18,234 bases of DNA. Source: an uncultured Janthinobacterium sp. (GTDB taxonomy: Bacteria > Vulcanimicrobiota > Vulcanimicrobiia > Vulcanimicrobiales > Vulcanimicrobiaceae). The notes under the pieces are model-generated. The model was not told the origin of the DNA. It searched no databases and was given only the letters and a program-made list of their open reading frames with translations. Made by a program: the position numbers and the translations under genes. The stretch is from positions 1 through 18,234 of the forward strand of contig CAZZXB010000054.1 of NCBI GenBank assembly GCA_964658025.1, read 5' to 3'. Below are positions 15,458 to 18,234 of the stretch, piece after piece. How positions within the stretch are numbered: the stretch's first letter is position 1; each line of letters starts with the position of its first letter.

Positions 15458-16929
15458 CGGCCGAAGCGATCGTCGCGCGGAAACGGCCGTTCGCGGCAGG
15501 CGTTGCGGTAATTACAGAACGTGCAGTTCTCCGGATCGTCCGTCGCGGGAAAGCGTTCGATCGGTCCGTCGGAGAGCGCGCCCGCGATCTCGATCATCTT
15601 CGTGCGCGCGCGTTCGAGTTCGCCGATCCCGATCGTGCCGACGGTCGCGTCCGAGTACGACCGCGGCGGCGCGACCGGCACGACTTCGAGTTCGACCGGC
15701 GCCACCTCGCGCGAGGCGTCCTTGAGCGGGATGAGCGAGAGGCGCGCCACGCGGTCGCCCGCCTCCGTCCGCGCCCAATAATAGAACGGGAGTTGGAAAT
15801 CCGTGAAGCGCGAGACGCCCGAGCGGTACTCCTCGGCGGTCGTCGCGATGCTCCCGGTCTTGTAGTCGACGACGGTCACCGCGCCCGTCGCGTCGTCGCG
15901 ATCGAGTCGGTCGACGAAGCCGATGAAGCTGTGACCGTCGAGATCGAGTTCGACCGGCGTCTCCGTGCCGACGACCGCGAACGGATGCGCGCGCGCGCGT
16001 TCGAACCACCAGCGCGCGTAACGCCGTGCCGTACGCTGCGCGCGTCGCTTCTGCAACTCGTATTCGACCGTCGTCGCGAAGCCCGAGCGAAAGCGCTCGA
16101 AGGCGGTATTGATCTGTCCCGCGAGTTTGCGTTCGAGTTCGTCGTGCGGCGCCGCGTCGGCGCGGGGATACTCTTTATGGAATCGTTCGAGCGCCCAATG
16201 GAACGCCGAACCGTAGGTCGATGCGGACGAGCCGCGATCTTCGACCGCCGAACACACGTAGCGAAAATACCAGCGACGTTCGCATTCCGCGAACGTGCCG
16301 AGCGACGACGCGCTGAAATGCGTCTTGCGCCGCTTCACGACGCGCGGCGTCTCCGGTTCGCGACGGGGAAGCGGATGCGCGGGAATCGCGGTCGGGCGCG
16401 CGGCGCGCGCGAGCGACGCGTCGCGGTCGAGCGCGCGCAGGAAGGCTTCGGGCTCCCACGCGGATCCCGGCGGGCTCGCGGCGTCGAGCGCGCGCGCGCG
16501 TGCCTCGATCGTCTCGAAGGTCGCACGTTCGCCCGGCTCGAGCGCGGTATCGAAGGCGAAGCCGAGCCGGATCGTCGCGACGTGTTCGCTCGCCGTCGCC
16601 CCTTGCGCGCGAAACGCGCGCGTGAGGTCCGCGAGCACGCGCGCGAAACGTCGTGCCGCGATCGTACTCTCGTGCGCCATCGGCACGAGATCCTTGCCGA
16701 TCGTCTCGAGAACCGTGCCGCGCTCGCCCGCGACGACCACGAGCGCGCGCGCGTCCGCGAGCGGCAACGCGGCGTACGGCGACACGACGGCGCGCCGCGC
16801 GTCGGCTTCCTTCCCGTACGCGGCGTAGCGCGTGAGGTCGCGCGCGAACGCGATAAGCCGTAGCCGCGACGTGCGGGCGACGGTCGCCTCGCCCGCGGCG
16901 TCTACGTCGGATGTGGAGACCTCGAACAT
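15454..16929 (-). CDS. RecB-family PD-(D/E)XK nuclease with four-cysteine Fe-S motif and N-terminal helical extension (491 aa)
   Basis: FSASSLGTFAECERRW, GSAFHWALE, ETPV, GFVDRLD, VVDYKTG, QLPFY, CTFCNYRNAC. ATG 16929 is chosen because the longer track ORF runs antisense into ubiX. Confidence 0.9.
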   Translation of the reverse strand: MFEVSTSDVDAAGEATVARTSRLRLIAFARDLTRYAAYGKEADARRAVVSPYAALPLADARALVVVAGERGTVLETIGKDLVPMAHESTIAARRFARVLADLTRAFRAQGATASEHVATIRLGFAFDTALEPGERATFETIEARARALDAASPPGSAWEPEAFLRALDRDASLARAARPTAIPAHPLPRREPETPRVVKRRKTHFSASSLGTFAECERRWYFRYVCSAVEDRGSSASTYGSAFHWALERFHKEYPRADAAPHDELERKLAGQINTAFERFRSGFATTVEYELQKRRAQRTARRYARWWFERARAHPFAVVGTETPVELDLDGHSFIGFVDRLDRDDATGAVTVVDYKTGSIATTAEEYRSGVSRFTDFQLPFYYWARTEAGDRVARLSLIPLKDASREVAPVELEVVPVAPPRSYSDATVGTIGIGELERARTKMIEIAGALSDGPIERFPATDDPENCTFCNYRNACRERPFPRDDRFGR

Positions 16930-16960
16930 CGCTTCGCCCCCGATTTCGCGTCCGACGCTG

Positions 16961-16986
16961 AGGAAGCCCGCAGGCGATCCGGGAAC
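16961..16986 (+). promoter_or_regulatory. Candidate alternative-sigma promoter for ubiX (AGGA-N18-GAAC-N10-ATG)
   Basis: Resembles the Bacillus sigma-H type AGGA...GAAT consensus and lies in the 67-bp divergent gap. Confidence 0.35.
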
Positions 16987-16996
16987 GCCCTCACGG

Positions 16997-17554
16997 ATGC
17001 GGAGATTGATCGTCGGCGTGACGGGGGCGAGCGGGAGTGCGTACGCGCTCGCGACGCTTCGCGCGCTACGCGCGCTCGGGTCGTGCGAGATCCACCTCGT
17101 GATGACGAAGCAAGCGCACGTGACGCTCGAGATCGAGACGTCGCGGACGGGTGCGGAACTCGAAGCGCTCGCCGACGTCGTCCATCGCGACGACGATCTC
17201 GCCGCGCCGATCTCGTCCGGCTCGTTCGTGACGGACGGCATGCTCGTCATCCCCTGTTCGATCCGTTCCGCCGCCGCGATCGCGTATTCGCAGAACGGCA
17301 ACCTGCTCGTGCGCGCGGCGGACGTCTGTCTCAAAGAGCGGCGCAAACTCGTGCTCGTCGTACGCGAGACGCCCCTCCATCTCGGTCATCTGCGGACGCT
17401 CGTGCAACTCGCGGAGATCGGCGCCGTGATCCTGCCGCCGGTCCCCGCCATGTACGCGCGGCCGGAGTCCGTCGACGACGTCATCGGCCACACCGTCGGG
17501 AAGGCGCTCGATCAGTTCGACATCGCGAACGAATTATTCAATCGTTGGCGATGA
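16997..17554 (+). CDS. ubiX: Flavin prenyltransferase
   Basis: LIVGVTGASG, AAPISSGS, PCS, NLLVRAADVCLKERRKLVLVVRETP, HLRTL, PPVPAMY. Confidence 0.95.
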   Translation: MRRLIVGVTGASGSAYALATLRALRALGSCEIHLVMTKQAHVTLEIETSRTGAELEALADVVHRDDDLAAPISSGSFVTDGMLVIPCSIRSAAAIAYSQNGNLLVRAADVCLKERRKLVLVVRETPLHLGHLRTLVQLAEIGAVILPPVPAMYARPESVDDVIGHTVGKALDQFDIANELFNRWR

Positions 17555-18234
17555 GTCGTTCGGCGAGCGCGACGTCGCTCGCGCGGTCTACGTTCACGGC
17601 GATCTGCGGATAGGCGCAGATCCCGGCAGCCACGGGCGCGCCGACGAGTTCGCTCGCCCGTCGTTCGGCGGCCGCGATCGAAAGCGATCGGGCGACGTAT
17701 CGGACGAGCACGCTCGGTCCGAAGATCCCCGCGAGTCGGACGGGATTCTTGCGCGCGGCGCCGAGCCGTCCGAGTAACGCCCCGAGTGCGGGCAGCACGC
17801 GCGGTCGCATCACGACGCATCCGCCGCCGCAGAACGTGCCCTCGCGCAAGCGCGCCCAGGTATGCGGCACCTCGGGATAGCGTGCTTCGTGCGTGCGGCG
17901 TTCGACGCACGCGTACGTGAGATCGGCGTCGCGCGCGCGTGCCGTCGCGAGAAAGTCCGCGATCGCCGCGACGTCGAGGATCGGCAGGTCCGAAGCCGTG
18001 ACGAGCACGGGCGCGTCGGGAGCGAAACCCGCGAGCCCCGCGCGCAGGCTCGCGAGCATCGTGTCGCCGCTCGGGCGCCGTTCGTCGGCCTCCGCGAGGG
18101 CGGCCGCGAGATCGTCGCGCGCGAGCGCGCGTTCCGGCGCGACCGCAACGATCCGGCCGATGTCGGGCGCGCGCCGCAGCGCCGCGATCGTTCGCGCCAC
18201 GAGCGTCACGCCGCCGATCGGCACGAACGCCTTG
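17538..18234 (-). CDS. MobA-like nucleotidyltransferase family protein (5' end outside the window)
   Basis: The frame is open to the window edge: KAFVPIGGVTLVARTIAAL, SLRAGL, VLVTASDLP, terminal NVDRASD. Confidence 0.8.
   Translation of the reverse strand, partial: KAFVPIGGVTLVARTIAALRRAPDIGRIVAVAPERALARDDLAAALAEADERRPSGDTMLASLRAGLAGFAPDAPVLVTASDLPILDVAAIADFLATARARDADLTYACVERRTHEARYPEVPHTWARLREGTFCGGGCVVMRPRVLPALGALLGRLGAARKNPVRLAGIFGPSVLVRYVARSLSIAAAERRASELVGAPVAAGICAYPQIAVNVDRASDVALAERLIAND

Noticed and set aside
14125..16863. 912-aa plus-strand ORF and many other long overlapping ORFs (e.g. 10779..11924, 11624..13036, 8138..9469, 6866..7990)
   Set aside because: They are Arg/Ala-rich antisense or off-frame shadows of motif-bearing genes, expected when stops are scarce in high-GC DNA.
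15454..16929. Cas4 / CRISPR adaptation gene
   Set aside because: The four-Cys RecB fold is shared with Cas4, but there is no cas1, cas2 or array here. The long N-terminus and coupled SF1 helicase favour an AddB/Adn-type origin.
16929..17346. Extended N-termini in the ORF track (nuclease to 17346, ubiX from 16832, nfo from 3898, dinB from 6465, permease from 5627)
   Set aside because: The extensions overlap neighbouring real genes and lack family similarity. Downstream starts match the family N-termini.
1..18234. Abundant CGCGCG and CGATCG palindromes as a repeat family, array or terminators
   Set aside because: They are dispersed inside coding sequence with no regular spacing or U-tract hairpins, and reflect genome-wide composition and codon usage.

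Overview
High-GC, CG-dinucleotide-rich bacterial chromosomal window with about 19 tightly packed genes. I saw no rRNA, tRNA, CRISPR array, transposase or phage gene. Left to right: a 5'-truncated LivH-like permease fragment (-) abutting a RecG-like SF2 helicase with altered motifs (+); a SAM methyltransferase; a (-) trio of a 66-aa protein, a ~109-aa protein and a DUF1440-like membrane protein; a (+) run of MOSC protein, nfo, degenerate ABC ATPase, ABC-2 permease and dinB; a long (-) run of Fe-S RecB-family nuclease, frameshifted UvrD/AdnA-like helicase, DUF1800, DUF1501, GNAT, a broken membrane protein, PhzF and a hypothetical protein; then ubiX (+) and a MobA-like NTP transferase (-, cut by the window edge). 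The most notable items are an apparently split and reduced AdnAB/AddAB-like nuclease-helicase pair, a miniature pseudo-ABC-ATPase coupled between nfo and dinB, a wedge-less RecG-like protein with a DDVN Walker B, a recurring AGG(A/C)-N17/18-RAA-N10/11-ATG motif suggesting leaderless promoters, and a possible ATA start codon. Several lesions could be assembly errors. All family calls come from reading motifs by eye, with no database search.
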